Source: a virus
IMG/VR virus record: IMGVR_UViG_3300045988_023867
Direction: 5' to 3' (one strand)
Length of the DNA: 64,000 nucleotides
The position numbers were made by a program, and so were the translations under genes. The notes under the pieces are model-generated. The model saw nothing but the letters and a program-made list of their open reading frames with translations. It did no database searches and had not been told where the DNA came from. Positions 27,501 through 38,043 of this stretch are shown piece by piece; the stretch's first letter is position 1; each line of letters starts with the position of its first letter.

Positions 27501-30500
27501 ATCAGTATGGAATGACACTTCTTCTTTTAAGAACTTCTTAACTTTTTCATCTTTACGATGTAAACGTTTAACTTCATCAAGTCTATCATAAAGTTCACTA
27601 AGTTCTCGTATTTGTTCTATTGTCAAATCAGATAGTTTAATCTTACCTGTATTTGGATTAAGAGCGTCTTTAAGAATTGCATTAATCTCTTTTACAATAG
27701 TATTACGAGTTTTAGTAACTACTGTACTAGGAGTTGTAGTACTACTAAATCCAGCATAGAATTTCTTACTATATATTTGACTTATAGGAGCTTTATTACG
27801 AAGAAGTTTAACTTCTGCTGATTCTCCATCATTAGCACGATTAGCATATTGAGCTTCTTGCTCTTCTTTAATAGCTTTTACTTGTTTTTCATTAAATTGA
27901 CGACCATCAATAACTCCATAATTATCATAAGCATTTTCTGTATGTTGAACTATACTCTTGAATTGAGGATTCTTTTCTTCTTTGTTTCCATTAAGTGCAG
28001 CAAAAGCTTCATTAATTTCTGCCTGAAGTTTCTCATTAATTCTATAATAAGTATTTTCATTCAACCATTCAATAGCATTAGCATATTCATCTACTTGTAA
28101 CAATACATCTTCATTTTCTATTTGTCGTCCAGCACTATCAAAATGTTTATACTTATTAATAATACCAAGATAATGTTTTAAATCTTCTTCAAAACCTTCT
28201 CTAGTTTTACGTTCAAAGAATGCTTTTTTAATTCTACTAACTTCATCTACATATTTACGAAGATTAGAAGCTCTATTATAAGCGTCTTGTGGTTTCCATT
28301 CTCCTGTATTGAAATCAATAGTTTCTTGCATCTCTCTAATTTCAGAACTTAAACGTTTAATAGTAGCATTATCTTCTTCTGTACGATTACCTTTGAATAT
28401 TCTTAGTAACTTATTCCTTTCATCATTTAGTTTAAGATACTTAATATAATAATCAATATTATAATCAGTAAGCATAGAAGCTTCATTATCAGTTACTCTT
28501 TGATAATATTCAGAAACATATTTCTGTTCAGTATTAGCAAGATACCATAAGTCACGTTCATGTTTAGCTCTTAGATATTCTTTACTAAACTCTCCATATT
28601 TATCTTTAGCTTCTGCAATTTTAGCATTTAAACCATTCTTATCTTCTGTAAATTTATCAGTATGATTAGAAACAAATTTACCAGTTACAGGATTAATAAT
28701 ATTATTCCAATTAATCGTTTTACCAGCTTTAGCAGCTTCTGATTTAATACTAGCTAATTGTTTCTTATAGTTTTTTACATAATCATCTCCTTCAAATTTA
28801 AGTTTATCAAGTTTAGCTTTAGCTTCACGAAGAATGATTTGTACAATAGGATAACTAAGTTCTTGTGCATCTTGAAATAACCAATCAAGAACACTAGCAT
28901 CTTTAAGTATATAATTAGTTATATCAGAAAGTCCTTTATCAAAGTTAGGATTAGTACTAAGAGGTTTGAATATATTTTCTGCAACAATTTCAAATCCTTG
29001 CTTCAGTTTAGGATTATTCTTAATATTGTTAATAGTTTCTTGAATACCTTTAATATTACGTCTTGTAGCATCGTCTACATTATCAGTGGCTATTTCATTT
29101 ATTAACGGGAATGAATTACCAAATGTACTAGCTTGTAATATCAGACTTATATATTCATTACGTAATCCTTCATTGTTAGTAATAGCATTAATGGTATAAT
29201 CTGAAACTATATCATGTACTGTACCTTCTTCGTCAACTATAAAGTTATTAAGTTTACGTTCAAGTTCATGAGCTTTAGTTATATAAAATTCTGCTGAACG
29301 TTTAATAGTATCTTGTTTACGTTCTTCAATACTAGCAATACGTTGTTCTTCTACTCCATAATTAAGAATATCTTGATATGCAATAGAAGCACTTTCGTCA
29401 GAATTAATTCTAGCTCTAGTTTTAAGGTCTAATACAAATTGTTGAGCCAAATTACCAAGCTTAGATATATTAGTAGTTTCAATATCCATATCAATAGAAC
29501 TTGCGTGTTCTACATCTTCTATATCTTTTTCTACTTCAATCGTTTCACTTTTGATATAAGGAACAACAGTATAAATATTATCAGTAGATTGTACTCCATT
29601 ACGTTTAGCATTAGTTAATCCTTCAAGTTGTTCATCAGTAGATATTTTCTTATTAAGCTTAACTTGTTTACGAGTTATAATATAATCTCTAAGATTACCA
29701 TCATTATCCATTATAGTTTGAACAGCTCCTATATTCTTAGTACCAAATGCTTGTCTAAGAGTTTGACTTCCATTCCAAACCCAATAAACTTTAGTTCCAG
29801 GATTAGCAAACTTATCATTTATGCTACGAATAAAATTTCTAACTGATGCATCTTGTTCAGCAATAGTAGCAATAAAATTCCTATCAGTAGGGATTATAAT
29901 TTCTTTATCAACAGTAGGTTTTTTATATCTATAAGGTTCTATTCCTTCTTTAGTAAATAACTCATTCTTTTCTTCTGCAAGACGAGAGAATGGAGCTTGT
30001 CTTTCTTGACTAAGATTAATTATATCTTCATAATATCTACTAGAAGGATATTTATTATTTATAGGATTAGAACTAAATTCTCCATGTTCATTCTCTTCAA
30101 GATTGTTTAATGGAATAAGATATACTTGTTTATTATTACCTTCTTCATATAAACCAACTCTATATAAAGTAGAAACTTTTTTATTAACTATATTAATATA
30201 ATTAGTAGAAATAACTGTTTTAGTTCTACCATGTTTATCAGTAACATCCTTAACTATTCCTATCTCTTTAGCAAGTTCTGTATCTTTAACAGTACCAAGA
30301 TTAAAATAATACATCTTCTGACTATTAGGAAGATATGTAAGACTAGCTTTATTTTTATTATATCTTATTCTATAAGTAGGAATTTGTGGTATATTAGAAT
30401 GACTACGAATATAATCTTCGTAGATATTATCAGCAGCAAGTTCTTTATCATTTACAGAATTAACACCAAATCTGATACTATCAATAATTCCAGTACCTCC

Positions 30501-33500
30501 GTCTTCACGAGAAGTATATAAAGCGCTATTCTTAATAACTTTACTAACATTTCCTCTACGGAACTGATAGCCTTCTACAACAAAAGCATATTTAATAATG
30601 TCAATAGCAGTTAGTCTAATAATAGGATTAGTATTATTGAACGCTGCATCGAACATTTTATATATACTCTCCATGTCTTGTTGTTGGTCGTTAAAACGGA
30701 TTATTTGGCTACTTATTCCGCGTGTACGGAACTCAAATCCGTTAAACAGGTTGACGTTCAGTTCAGAAAAGATAGTTCGTTGTGAGCCAAGCAAATGGCT
30801 TTGTACGAAGTGTACCTTTTGAGCCGGAGTAAGTTTAGAGAAAGCATTAACTTCTTCTTGTGTAGGATTCGCAACATTATCTATATTAATATTATAGTTA
30901 ATATCATAACCAAATCCATAGATTCTCATTGTCTCATCCTCTACGGGGGAACGTCCCTCTGATTCTACTTTACTTGCAGTAAATATATCTACTGTAATAT
31001 TGCCATTTTTTTCAAGTTCAATAGGTTGTGATATAATAGCAGAATTGTTCTTATACATATATCCAAGAACATACTTCTTAAAATCATTATAAAGTTTCTC
31101 ATTAACACTTCCACTAATATAATTCTGAATACTATTGATAGCATTAACAAAATTATGAGATTCGGTTTCAAATAAACCTTTATTAATAAGAATGCTAGGA
31201 ACTGTACTATATCTCATGAATGCATCTAATGCAGGATAAGCACTTGGTTTTTCAGTTTCTGCTAAATATAATTCTGGCATAAATACTCCTGTTTCAGTAG
31301 CTTTAGTAATACCAGGATAAATAGCTTCTAATAATGGTTCTCCATTTACATTAATTCTATTAGCGTCGTCGCTATTAATAATAGTTCCTATATCATCAAT
31401 TACTTTACGTGTACTATATATAGTTTGTTTAGCTCCAAATTTATCAGGATTAAGTACTTTAACATGATTAGCTATAATACGACTATAATCATTAATATAA
31501 TTAAAGTTAAGTATGGCAGCTAAATCTATCAACATACTTGTTTCATCATATACACCACTATTTTGTGCTGCAAATCGTTCTTCAATAGTTGGAACATCTA
31601 TTGTAAATACAGAAGCATTATCTTTATTATCAAAACTAATAGTACTATTAGGATACATCTTAGCAAACTCTTCTCCATATTGTTGTTGAAGAGCAGTCAT
31701 AACTTCTGTAATATTATTGTTATCAGTAACTACTTCATTGCGTACTTTAACTCCTAAATCATGAGCTATACGTTTAATTGCTGTATGAATAGGATTATAA
31801 TTACCACGAACAAATACAGATTGAGATTCATAATAAGCCTCAACTATTCTACTAACACCCGGCTGACGAAGCCAAGCCATAGCTGTATAAGCATCACAAC
31901 CAATATCAAATAAAGTTTTAAATGCAGCAAACGTATATTCATTCTCATTCTTAATAGCTCCTTCTTTGATAGCATCTAGAATATGAGCAGTAGTATGAGA
32001 ACTTGCAACTGTAATATAATCACCTACTACGTTCTTATTGTTCTTACTATTTCCTATTCGATTATGATAGACTATGCCATCTTTGACAGGAAATGCCTGA
32101 GCAGCAATATCAAGATTAACTCTATTACCATATCTTACTCTAATAGGAACACTAAGTTCAGCTTTAGCAACATTGAATACAGAGTTACCTGTATCGCGAG
32201 CAACACTAAATGCTTTCAATGTAGCACCTCCCATAGCATTTCTATGGAATTGAATCTGGTCAAAAAGATTATAAACGTTTCTTTGTTTAGCACCAACAGC
32301 ATCAAGTTTATCAAGAGCTTTATTTGCAGCAGTAATATCATCAAAGTTACTACGAGCAAGATTCTCTTCGAGACTTGATTTATCATTCATGATAGCAATC
32401 ATACTATCAACGATACGATTGTTTCGAGCGCGACGGTTATTTTGGTCTTCAATAGGAAGCTGTTTAAATTCCTCATAAGTAGGTAATCCAAAAGCAACAG
32501 CACGTTCATTAATAATATCTCCGAATTTATCTCTTGATAATTCTTTAATATCATCTATTGTAAGACTATTAGCATTATCATTAATACGTCTGAACATATC
32601 TCTTTGTTCAGCAATAACGTCAGCTATTCTACTATACTTATCATAGAACTGTATAAATGCTGGATTATCTCCATATAGTCTACTATAAGTAGGCATAATA
32701 GAAAGGAGTCCACTAACTCTATCAGCAAACTTCAATTCTTTATTACGAAGAAAACCATCAACAATAGGTTTAAATTCATCAGGCAATTCATGATAAGTAT
32801 CACCCTCATCAAGAAGTTCTTTTACTCTCTTTTCAAGATAATCTTCTAAATCTTTATTACTCTTACGAATAACTTCAAAATATTTATCTTTAATAGATTG
32901 TTTAGTATCTCTATCTACTTGAAGCATATCTCGTGTTATACGTTCTTTATCAGAATTTCTAAGAACATGAGATACATATCTTCCATAAGTAGCAGCTTCA
33001 GCAGTACTATCGCTAAATTCTACTTTATGAATACGACCATCTTTACCAAGATAAGTCTCATAGGCAATACCATAAATAGAGTCAACGTCAAAGTCAGAAC
33101 CAGTCTGTGTTACCCATTCATCTGGAACTACAATAGTACTTCCCATCCATTCAGGTAGAAAACCTACAACTTTCATAACAGCCATAGACTGTTTACCCTC
33201 TGTTGGAATACGATAACCAATACATTTAAGAACTTCTTCATCAATATCTTCAATACGAATCTCTTTAACAAGATTACCATTTTCATCATATTGATTGAAC
33301 ATAGCTTTTGCCCATTTAGGAAGAAGTATTTCTACTTCTGAACCATCTTTATGATAGCCAAGTTCAACACGTTCGCCAGTATCAGTTTCAATAGTTTCAC
33401 CAGCTTTAAGTTGTTTACTCTTTTTAATAAGTCCATCAAGTCCAACACTAGTTATTTGTGCTCCATGCCATCCAGGAAGTTTTTGTCTTGTAATAAACTT

Positions 33501-36500
33501 ATTAAATTGACTTTGAGCAATACTTTCAATCTTACTTGAAACTATATTCATATAACTAGGCATAACAGGTCCTGCATCTTCATTCTTAACAGTAAGATAT
33601 TCAATAGTATTACTATCAAGTCCAAGACGAGCAGCTTCTATTAATGCTAGTTTATATATACGATTGTAATCAACTTTACCGTTATTGTCTCCTATAATAC
33701 GATAGTTTTTATCAAACTTAATACCATACTTATCCATAAGACTATTAAAGTCTTCACGAATATTAGCAACATAAGCTCTAATAAAGTTATTCTTATGACT
33801 AGCAACAGCAGCTTGACTATTATCAAGTATTTTTTTCATCACTTGAATACCTGCTTTATTCTGAGCATCAACCATATGTTGAGGAACATCTTGTTGTTTA
33901 TAAAGATACATATAACTAAATGGTTGTTTAACTTCTTTAGCTTTTTCTCTAAATACAGCAAGATTTTCAGGAGTTACAACTCCTTCATTATCCCAATAAG
34001 TAAGTACATCATAATTAGCAGCTTTACTTGTTTCTTGAGTATTAACTTGGTCAATATCATTTTCTATCATGAAATTAGCAAGTTCTCCCAAACTTGTTCC
34101 TTCAAGGAACTTAGGTACAAGAACAAACTCTGCATTCTTTATCTGACGTGGAAGATGTCTACCAAAACGTTTATTATAATAATGGTCATAGTAGAAGTTC
34201 TTCATTACTTGTATAAATCCTTGTAATTCATTAGGATTAATTTGATTAACGTCAGTAGTATTATCTGTTAGTTGTTCAATCAATCTAGCATACTTAGGAT
34301 ATTCTCCTAATATCTTTAATCTGCGAGCAGCTTCATATATAGTAATATAAGATTGAGCATCATTAATAGTAGTAGTTGTAGCACTAGTTTCTCCTTCACG
34401 GTCAGCAGGAACATAACCAAAACCTTCAGCAATTTCTTCTGCTTTAGCTTTATCTGTTCCAGCAGCTATAAGTTTATCATAAAGTATATTACGATTACTG
34501 CTAGGTCTAATACTATTCTTAACAGTAACAGCATTCCAACCAGTTCTAAGTGTTACAGGTTTACCATTAGGAAGAGTTAATACTTTATCTCCATTTATAA
34601 GTTGAGAACCTGCTATTTCATTAACAGATTGAGTAAATGGACTATCAACTCCTTGTGTAGATTTATAATTAGTTATAGAATAACTTGTTCCACCAGCTTG
34701 ACTTTCTTTAGCACGTTTAAGAAATGTTTGAGGATCTTTATAATACTTACTATTTCCTTCAAATAAATCATCAAAATTAGCAAAATGAATATAAGCATTA
34801 AGACCGTATTCTATAATTTCATTATCGCTAATACCTTCAAGAAATGAACCAAACTTATTATGAGTCTCGTTAACAAAATAAGTTTGATAAGTATCAATCC
34901 ACTTAGTAACTAATTGTTCAAGTTCTGATTCAACTCTTTCACTAAAACTGATAGTCGCAGACGCATTTGACGATTCTGAATATCCTGATAGATTAATTTC
35001 CCCCGTAGAGGATGTGGAGGACACTAATCTCTCAAGCTCTTCACCAATATTATAACCAACACTACTATCAAGTTTAGTAAATTTAAAAGCATTACCTGTT
35101 AGTTTATTTCCATCATAAACTCCTTTTTTAGGATTATAATGAAACCATTCAACAAGATGTTCTTTATCATTATGTTTTATATCTTCAAGAGCTTTATAAT
35201 AATCGAATATTTCTCCTTTAACGATATTCATAAACCCATTAAATAATGGATGCTTTTTATTTATAGAACGAGCTTCTGGATGATTAACTTTAAATTCTTC
35301 TCTAGCAATAGATTCTACTTCATTCGCATAAGCAGAAACATAATCGCTAAATACAGCTTGTCCATCATATTTAGCATTAGCTAAATAATAATTTCCTTTA
35401 CCGTCATCAGTAAATATTCCACTAAAGTAATGATATTGCCATCCTTCTTTTGAGTCATTAATGACATAAGCAATTCTTTGTTCAGTACCTACTTGTGCAT
35501 TTATATTAAGAAGTTTACCCGGACTTGTTTTAATAACTTCCGGAGTATTAGTAACAAGATTGATAACTTCTTCTACTGTAGCAGCTTGTGCATTAAGTTT
35601 AGTAAGTTGTTCGTTAGCAATATCTATATTAGCTACTTTAATAAATTCTTTTTTTCTATCTTTTACATAAGTATTCATAGCTTTAGTATCATATTGCCAT
35701 AAATCATAAGCATGATACTTAGGCATACTTATTGCAAAATTCTTAGGAGCGTCTGACGGTATTCTCATCAAAAATGGAGCAGTTTCTATTTCTTGTCCAT
35801 TAGCTGTTATAGTATTATATTTTTTATAAGTTTGAAGTTTCTTATGATAAGCATAAAGTCCTACTAAATAATAGTCCCCATCAGACATTTTAGTATAATC
35901 AGTATTAGTTCCTGATTGTTGATTGCTAACTCCATTAAGTAAATAAGGAGCTATAATCTTTTCTGCATAAGGACTAAGTTCATAATCTCCATTAGGTTTT
36001 TGTCTGAATAAACCTACTATACCTTGTTCTGGATTATCAATAAGAATATTACTATAAGCATATTCTGTAGAACGAAGTTTCTCTTTAACCCAATTATTAA
36101 GAATTTCTCTATCTCCACATATCTTAGCAATATTAGTAATGAAGTTATTATATATAACATCACTATTAAGATTACCAGCAGTATTTCTAGAATTAAGTTC
36201 AGCTTTAGATAAAGTATAAGGTTCAATCGCTAATGCTATATTACCTAATGCTTCTTCTGAACCTACAAGATATTCTCCATCAAATTTAGGTAGTTCAAGT
36301 TCTATATATTTAGCATTTGGAACTTGTGCAGCAAGTGCTTGACGATAAGCATTTAATCTACGTCTATTTTCTGCTTGTACTTCTCTATATTTTAAATCTC
36401 TACTTTCTTTTTCAGCAAGACTTTTCTTAGCAGCACTATTTACTTTTTGAGCATAACTTAATAATCTATATAGATTATCTTTTCTATGAGTTTCTGAATC

Positions 36501-37961
36501 TCTATTGTGACGTTCTATATAGTTATCAATAGCTAAATCGTTCATACTAGGAAAATATGTTTTGTATATATCTTTAAGTTCCATAACTAATGAATCAAAT
36601 TTAATAGCATTTTCTTCACTAGCTTTCTGAGAAACATTAGAACGTCTAGCTAATTTAATTTTAGAAGTCTTAGTAGTATCTCCTAATTTCTTAATCTTTT
36701 CTTCTAATTCATCTAACAATCCTTCTATATAAATATTATCATTCTGTATAGAACTACCTTTTAAATCATTTCTAAGATTAAAGTATAGTTTACGTACAGG
36801 ATTATTAGAAGTATTACTTTGAATAGATTTAATAGTACCAAAACCATCAATGCTTATTTCAAGTTTATCAATAGTAAACTTATTTAAATCAGTATATATC
36901 TTATTGGCAAAATCTGGTTTAGCTCTCATATCATCAGCTAATTTAATAAAAGAAGCAAATTCTCTTTTATTATTAGCCACAGCTTCTATAGCATCAATAA
37001 AATCATTAATAGATTTAAATCCTCCAAGATTACCTATAATATTAGATAACTCTATAACACATTCTTGATATGTGTGACAAGTAGGAACTCCAAGAGGATT
37101 ACTACGGTCTACATCATAAGCTCCATTTTCATGTTTCTGAGTACTATTAAGTCTTTGTAAGCCATTAAAGTATTGTCTTACATCATTACTTACGTGTTCT
37201 GTATAGTTAGAAATATTAGAACCAAAATCCCATTGTTTAGTACTAAGGTCTACTTCATCGGATTGTTCTACATCAGATATAATATCTTCTGTATTATCAG
37301 ACATAAGACTTATTTTAAAAGCTTCATCTGCAAAATCAGTATTACGTCCTAAAGAAGCTATTTTACTATTACAGAATACATCATTCCAAAAATCTGGGTC
37401 ACCAAGAGCACTTTGAACTAAATCTTTAAAATTACGTTCTTGGTCAGTTCCATTCTCTTCAATAGCATAATAGGCAGCTTCGATATTATTTATATCAAAA
37501 CTGCCATACTGATTAGCTTTAGCTATAAGTTGTTTTTTAAGAGCATTCTTAGTAGTAGCTATAAGACTAGTAATATAATTATCTTTAGGTTTATTATTAG
37601 AAGCACTAAGTCTATAATCAATATTACTAATAATATCAGCACAATATTGTGTTGCAGTATCAAACGCAGCTTGACTACGAAAAGCATACATTCCACTATT
37701 AGCATTTACTTTAGAAGTGTTATTAACATTAAAGAAGTTTCTATTACGATAATCTTTAATAAGTCTACGAAGAGTATTCTTATTAATACTTTCAAGATTA
37801 TCCGTATTAGCAACTGAATCTTCTCTACAAAACTGAAGGAATCCATCAGTCTTTAATAGAGTTCCAAGTCTATAACAATTGGCAGCATTGTTATATTCTA
37901 GTTCCTTAACTATATCATTTACTTTAGGAACTTCATGAAATACAATAGAACATCCGTCCAT
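24597..37961 (-). CDS. Giant virion protein (4454 aa) containing a DxDxD RNA-polymerase-like motif; candidate packaged RNAP polyprotein
   Basis: Uninterrupted 13.4-kb ORF. TGSDFDVDS at about residues 1620-1628 (nt 33081-33095) is a DxDxD motif of the kind found in two-barrel RNAP catalytic sites, as in virion RNAPs of crAss-like phages. Contains three GC-rich elements in frame. Confidence 0.8.
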   Translation of the reverse strand: MDGCSIVFHEVPKVNDIVKELEYNNAANCYRLGTLLKTDGFLQFCREDSVANTDNLESINKNTLRRLIKDYRNRNFFNVNNTSKVNANSGMYAFRSQAAFDTATQYCADIISNIDYRLSASNNKPKDNYITSLIATTKNALKKQLIAKANQYGSFDINNIEAAYYAIEENGTDQERNFKDLVQSALGDPDFWNDVFCNSKIASLGRNTDFADEAFKISLMSDNTEDIISDVEQSDEVDLSTKQWDFGSNISNYTEHVSNDVRQYFNGLQRLNSTQKHENGAYDVDRSNPLGVPTCHTYQECVIELSNIIGNLGGFKSINDFIDAIEAVANNKREFASFIKLADDMRAKPDFANKIYTDLNKFTIDKLEISIDGFGTIKSIQSNTSNNPVRKLYFNLRNDLKGSSIQNDNIYIEGLLDELEEKIKKLGDTTKTSKIKLARRSNVSQKASEENAIKFDSLVMELKDIYKTYFPSMNDLAIDNYIERHNRDSETHRKDNLYRLLSYAQKVNSAAKKSLAEKESRDLKYREVQAENRRRLNAYRQALAAQVPNAKYIELELPKFDGEYLVGSEEALGNIALAIEPYTLSKAELNSRNTAGNLNSDVIYNNFITNIAKICGDREILNNWVKEKLRSTEYAYSNILIDNPEQGIVGLFRQKPNGDYELSPYAEKIIAPYLLNGVSNQQSGTNTDYTKMSDGDYYLVGLYAYHKKLQTYKKYNTITANGQEIETAPFLMRIPSDAPKNFAISMPKYHAYDLWQYDTKAMNTYVKDRKKEFIKVANIDIANEQLTKLNAQAATVEEVINLVTNTPEVIKTSPGKLLNINAQVGTEQRIAYVINDSKEGWQYHYFSGIFTDDGKGNYYLANAKYDGQAVFSDYVSAYANEVESIAREEFKVNHPEARSINKKHPLFNGFMNIVKGEIFDYYKALEDIKHNDKEHLVEWFHYNPKKGVYDGNKLTGNAFKFTKLDSSVGYNIGEELERLVSSTSSTGEINLSGYSESSNASATISFSERVESELEQLVTKWIDTYQTYFVNETHNKFGSFLEGISDNEIIEYGLNAYIHFANFDDLFEGNSKYYKDPQTFLKRAKESQAGGTSYSITNYKSTQGVDSPFTQSVNEIAGSQLINGDKVLTLPNGKPVTLRTGWNAVTVKNSIRPSSNRNILYDKLIAAGTDKAKAEEIAEGFGYVPADREGETSATTTTINDAQSYITIYEAARRLKILGEYPKYARLIEQLTDNTTDVNQINPNELQGFIQVMKNFYYDHYYNKRFGRHLPRQIKNAEFVLVPKFLEGTSLGELANFMIENDIDQVNTQETSKAANYDVLTYWDNEGVVTPENLAVFREKAKEVKQPFSYMYLYKQQDVPQHMVDAQNKAGIQVMKKILDNSQAAVASHKNNFIRAYVANIREDFNSLMDKYGIKFDKNYRIIGDNNGKVDYNRIYKLALIEAARLGLDSNTIEYLTVKNEDAGPVMPSYMNIVSSKIESIAQSQFNKFITRQKLPGWHGAQITSVGLDGLIKKSKQLKAGETIETDTGERVELGYHKDGSEVEILLPKWAKAMFNQYDENGNLVKEIRIEDIDEEVLKCIGYRIPTEGKQSMAVMKVVGFLPEWMGSTIVVPDEWVTQTGSDFDVDSIYGIAYETYLGKDGRIHKVEFSDSTAEAATYGRYVSHVLRNSDKERITRDMLQVDRDTKQSIKDKYFEVIRKSNKDLEDYLEKRVKELLDEGDTYHELPDEFKPIVDGFLRNKELKFADRVSGLLSIMPTYSRLYGDNPAFIQFYDKYSRIADVIAEQRDMFRRINDNANSLTIDDIKELSRDKFGDIINERAVAFGLPTYEEFKQLPIEDQNNRRARNNRIVDSMIAIMNDKSSLEENLARSNFDDITAANKALDKLDAVGAKQRNVYNLFDQIQFHRNAMGGATLKAFSVARDTGNSVFNVAKAELSVPIRVRYGNRVNLDIAAQAFPVKDGIVYHNRIGNSKNNKNVVGDYITVASSHTTAHILDAIKEGAIKNENEYTFAAFKTLFDIGCDAYTAMAWLRQPGVSRIVEAYYESQSVFVRGNYNPIHTAIKRIAHDLGVKVRNEVVTDNNNITEVMTALQQQYGEEFAKMYPNSTISFDNKDNASVFTIDVPTIEERFAAQNSGVYDETSMLIDLAAILNFNYINDYSRIIANHVKVLNPDKFGAKQTIYSTRKVIDDIGTIINSDDANRINVNGEPLLEAIYPGITKATETGVFMPELYLAETEKPSAYPALDAFMRYSTVPSILINKGLFETESHNFVNAINSIQNYISGSVNEKLYNDFKKYVLGYMYKNNSAIISQPIELEKNGNITVDIFTASKVESEGRSPVEDETMRIYGFGYDINYNINIDNVANPTQEEVNAFSKLTPAQKVHFVQSHLLGSQRTIFSELNVNLFNGFEFRTRGISSQIIRFNDQQQDMESIYKMFDAAFNNTNPIIRLTAIDIIKYAFVVEGYQFRRGNVSKVIKNSALYTSREDGGTGIIDSIRFGVNSVNDKELAADNIYEDYIRSHSNIPQIPTYRIRYNKNKASLTYLPNSQKMYYFNLGTVKDTELAKEIGIVKDVTDKHGRTKTVISTNYINIVNKKVSTLYRVGLYEEGNNKQVYLIPLNNLEENEHGEFSSNPINNKYPSSRYYEDIINLSQERQAPFSRLAEEKNELFTKEGIEPYRYKKPTVDKEIIIPTDRNFIATIAEQDASVRNFIRSINDKFANPGTKVYWVWNGSQTLRQAFGTKNIGAVQTIMDNDGNLRDYIITRKQVKLNKKISTDEQLEGLTNAKRNGVQSTDNIYTVVPYIKSETIEVEKDIEDVEHASSIDMDIETTNISKLGNLAQQFVLDLKTRARINSDESASIAYQDILNYGVEEQRIASIEERKQDTIKRSAEFYITKAHELERKLNNFIVDEEGTVHDIVSDYTINAITNNEGLRNEYISLILQASTFGNSFPLINEIATDNVDDATRRNIKGIQETINNIKNNPKLKQGFEIVAENIFKPLSTNPNFDKGLSDITNYILKDASVLDWLFQDAQELSYPIVQIILREAKAKLDKLKFEGDDYVKNYKKQLASIKSEAAKAGKTINWNNIINPVTGKFVSNHTDKFTEDKNGLNAKIAEAKDKYGEFSKEYLRAKHERDLWYLANTEQKYVSEYYQRVTDNEASMLTDYNIDYYIKYLKLNDERNKLLRIFKGNRTEEDNATIKRLSSEIREMQETIDFNTGEWKPQDAYNRASNLRKYVDEVSRIKKAFFERKTREGFEEDLKHYLGIINKYKHFDSAGRQIENEDVLLQVDEYANAIEWLNENTYYRINEKLQAEINEAFAALNGNKEEKNPQFKSIVQHTENAYDNYGVIDGRQFNEKQVKAIKEEQEAQYANRANDGESAEVKLLRNKAPISQIYSKKFYAGFSSTTTPSTVVTKTRNTIVKEINAILKDALNPNTGKIKLSDLTIEQIRELSELYDRLDEVKRLHRKDEKVKKFLKEEVSFHTDKITYDLDEDAAKQKGKEFFTAWRTVANAKNYDENGIFIGYTNEPNSDIFGYVTPKLDDNGNVINKDYVDEKRSKALKFLNKNIEFVPTSYYWQEREQAIRDGKLKEFEDKNHIFNPLSGKMEPIRIWTTIRVKDETSNTRNYVASYNNTRSKPLSETVNANYNRYTDNYNGSAKYYRTDNSNEYERRIRKLMQDTLYDLTKENNTAMSFVAKGLFPRRRRTESSFPNTVKAAFNAIGFGQSLDPDRHISDNIGYEYDRETNIPLLASLKDKTYRKIEPIPEQGLTESDEDYKARVDDIKKHNEESAEYNRQLDVKLMDKDYESVFEEFIKGAIQANAKTQTKLDLYYLLEYMRTQAQSYRLTGFNNLAVDRRNSTEDRKVYKTQAPKRVIDLIETWSKRFLFDEYKGKNTWDKFAAVGQNIASAKYMMFNITGGIGNILTGSTNIFMERYAGEYFNHKDWENAKFGYYIKAVPYFLANMNKDTSDNLTDAIIKLMGVVDYNGIRETSKSIDSIEIINKMRDFAYSPQSAGEHFMQNTAMLSMMLSNRVYKNQKGEVVIGDFHNYNRMLEEVALRKVIEGNAELEELYAKFINRIKEDKNRLKDYLWFKKDVNTEFLRSLSDKSYGLRYAEVRNELTKEAKKQFESEPRLIDQFELQDGYAKLKDDSLVDLGKLAKFKGKVVSVNKKIHGVYDRLGGARIESTWVFGSLLMQYHKHIYTGALKHFRVNGYYNESRESIERGFYVSLWDFATTEFRGLTDRAKAKANEDGTNLFIAGVQQVCRAFIDTFLNYKFNYATMSNAERANIRRALGELTGIAYGLLGGIAASCALLAADDDDETAKIIANLALYQADRLSSETIMYNIGAVSEFDKLWSSPVALGQSFKDVQSAFGFIAKYLIEGDEFNPNYTTGLYKGENKLAVYVKRQIPIYRGINRIMQLDQNNKYYKLTENMLGIIPTQSIAEWIVNGK
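26837..26865 (+). repeat. GC-rich element copy, forward on + (gene is on -)
   Basis: CTGTCCTTCTCCTACGGGGGAACAGCCCT, read in the giant ORF as KGLFPRRRRTE. Confidence 0.85.
30929..30957 (+). repeat. GC-rich element copy, forward on +
   Basis: TTGTCTCATCCTCTACGGGGGAACGTCCC, read in the giant ORF as EGRSPVEDET. Confidence 0.85.
34995..35024 (-). repeat. GC-rich element copy, reverse on +
   Basis: ATTTCCCCCGTAGAGGATGTGGAGGACAC, read in the giant ORF as SSTSSTGEIN. Confidence 0.85.
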
Positions 37962-37997
37962 ATAATTATCTTTATGAGAACGTCCGACAGATGAACG

Positions 37998-38013
37998 ATT
38001 TTAAGGCTCTCTG
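37998..38013 (-). promoter_or_regulatory. Conserved motif, rc = CAGAGAGCCTTAAAAT, about 37 nt upstream of the giant ORF start
   Basis: Lies in the 82-bp gap between the 1970-aa ORF and the giant ORF. Confidence 0.45.
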
Positions 38014-38043
38014 CCGAACTTTCTCGGTTAAGTCTTTACTCTT

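Noticed and set aside
25815-37817. Many + strand ORFs of 60-143 aa lie inside the - strand giant gene (e.g. 25815-26186, 31983-32378, 33795-34226, 37440-37817). Similar antisense ORFs lie inside other large - strand genes (39865-40116, 46085-46342, 50767-51111).
   Set aside because: They are low-complexity I/F/N/S-rich translations of the antisense of an AT-rich coding strand. They lie fully inside long intact ORFs on the other strand, so they are chance open frames.
24597-37961. Stop-codon reassignment (TAG or TGA recoding, as known in some crAss-like lineages).
   Set aside because: Very long ORFs (4454, 1970 and 1784 aa) are intact under the standard code and genes abut tightly. No evidence of in-frame TAG or TGA inside conserved motifs.
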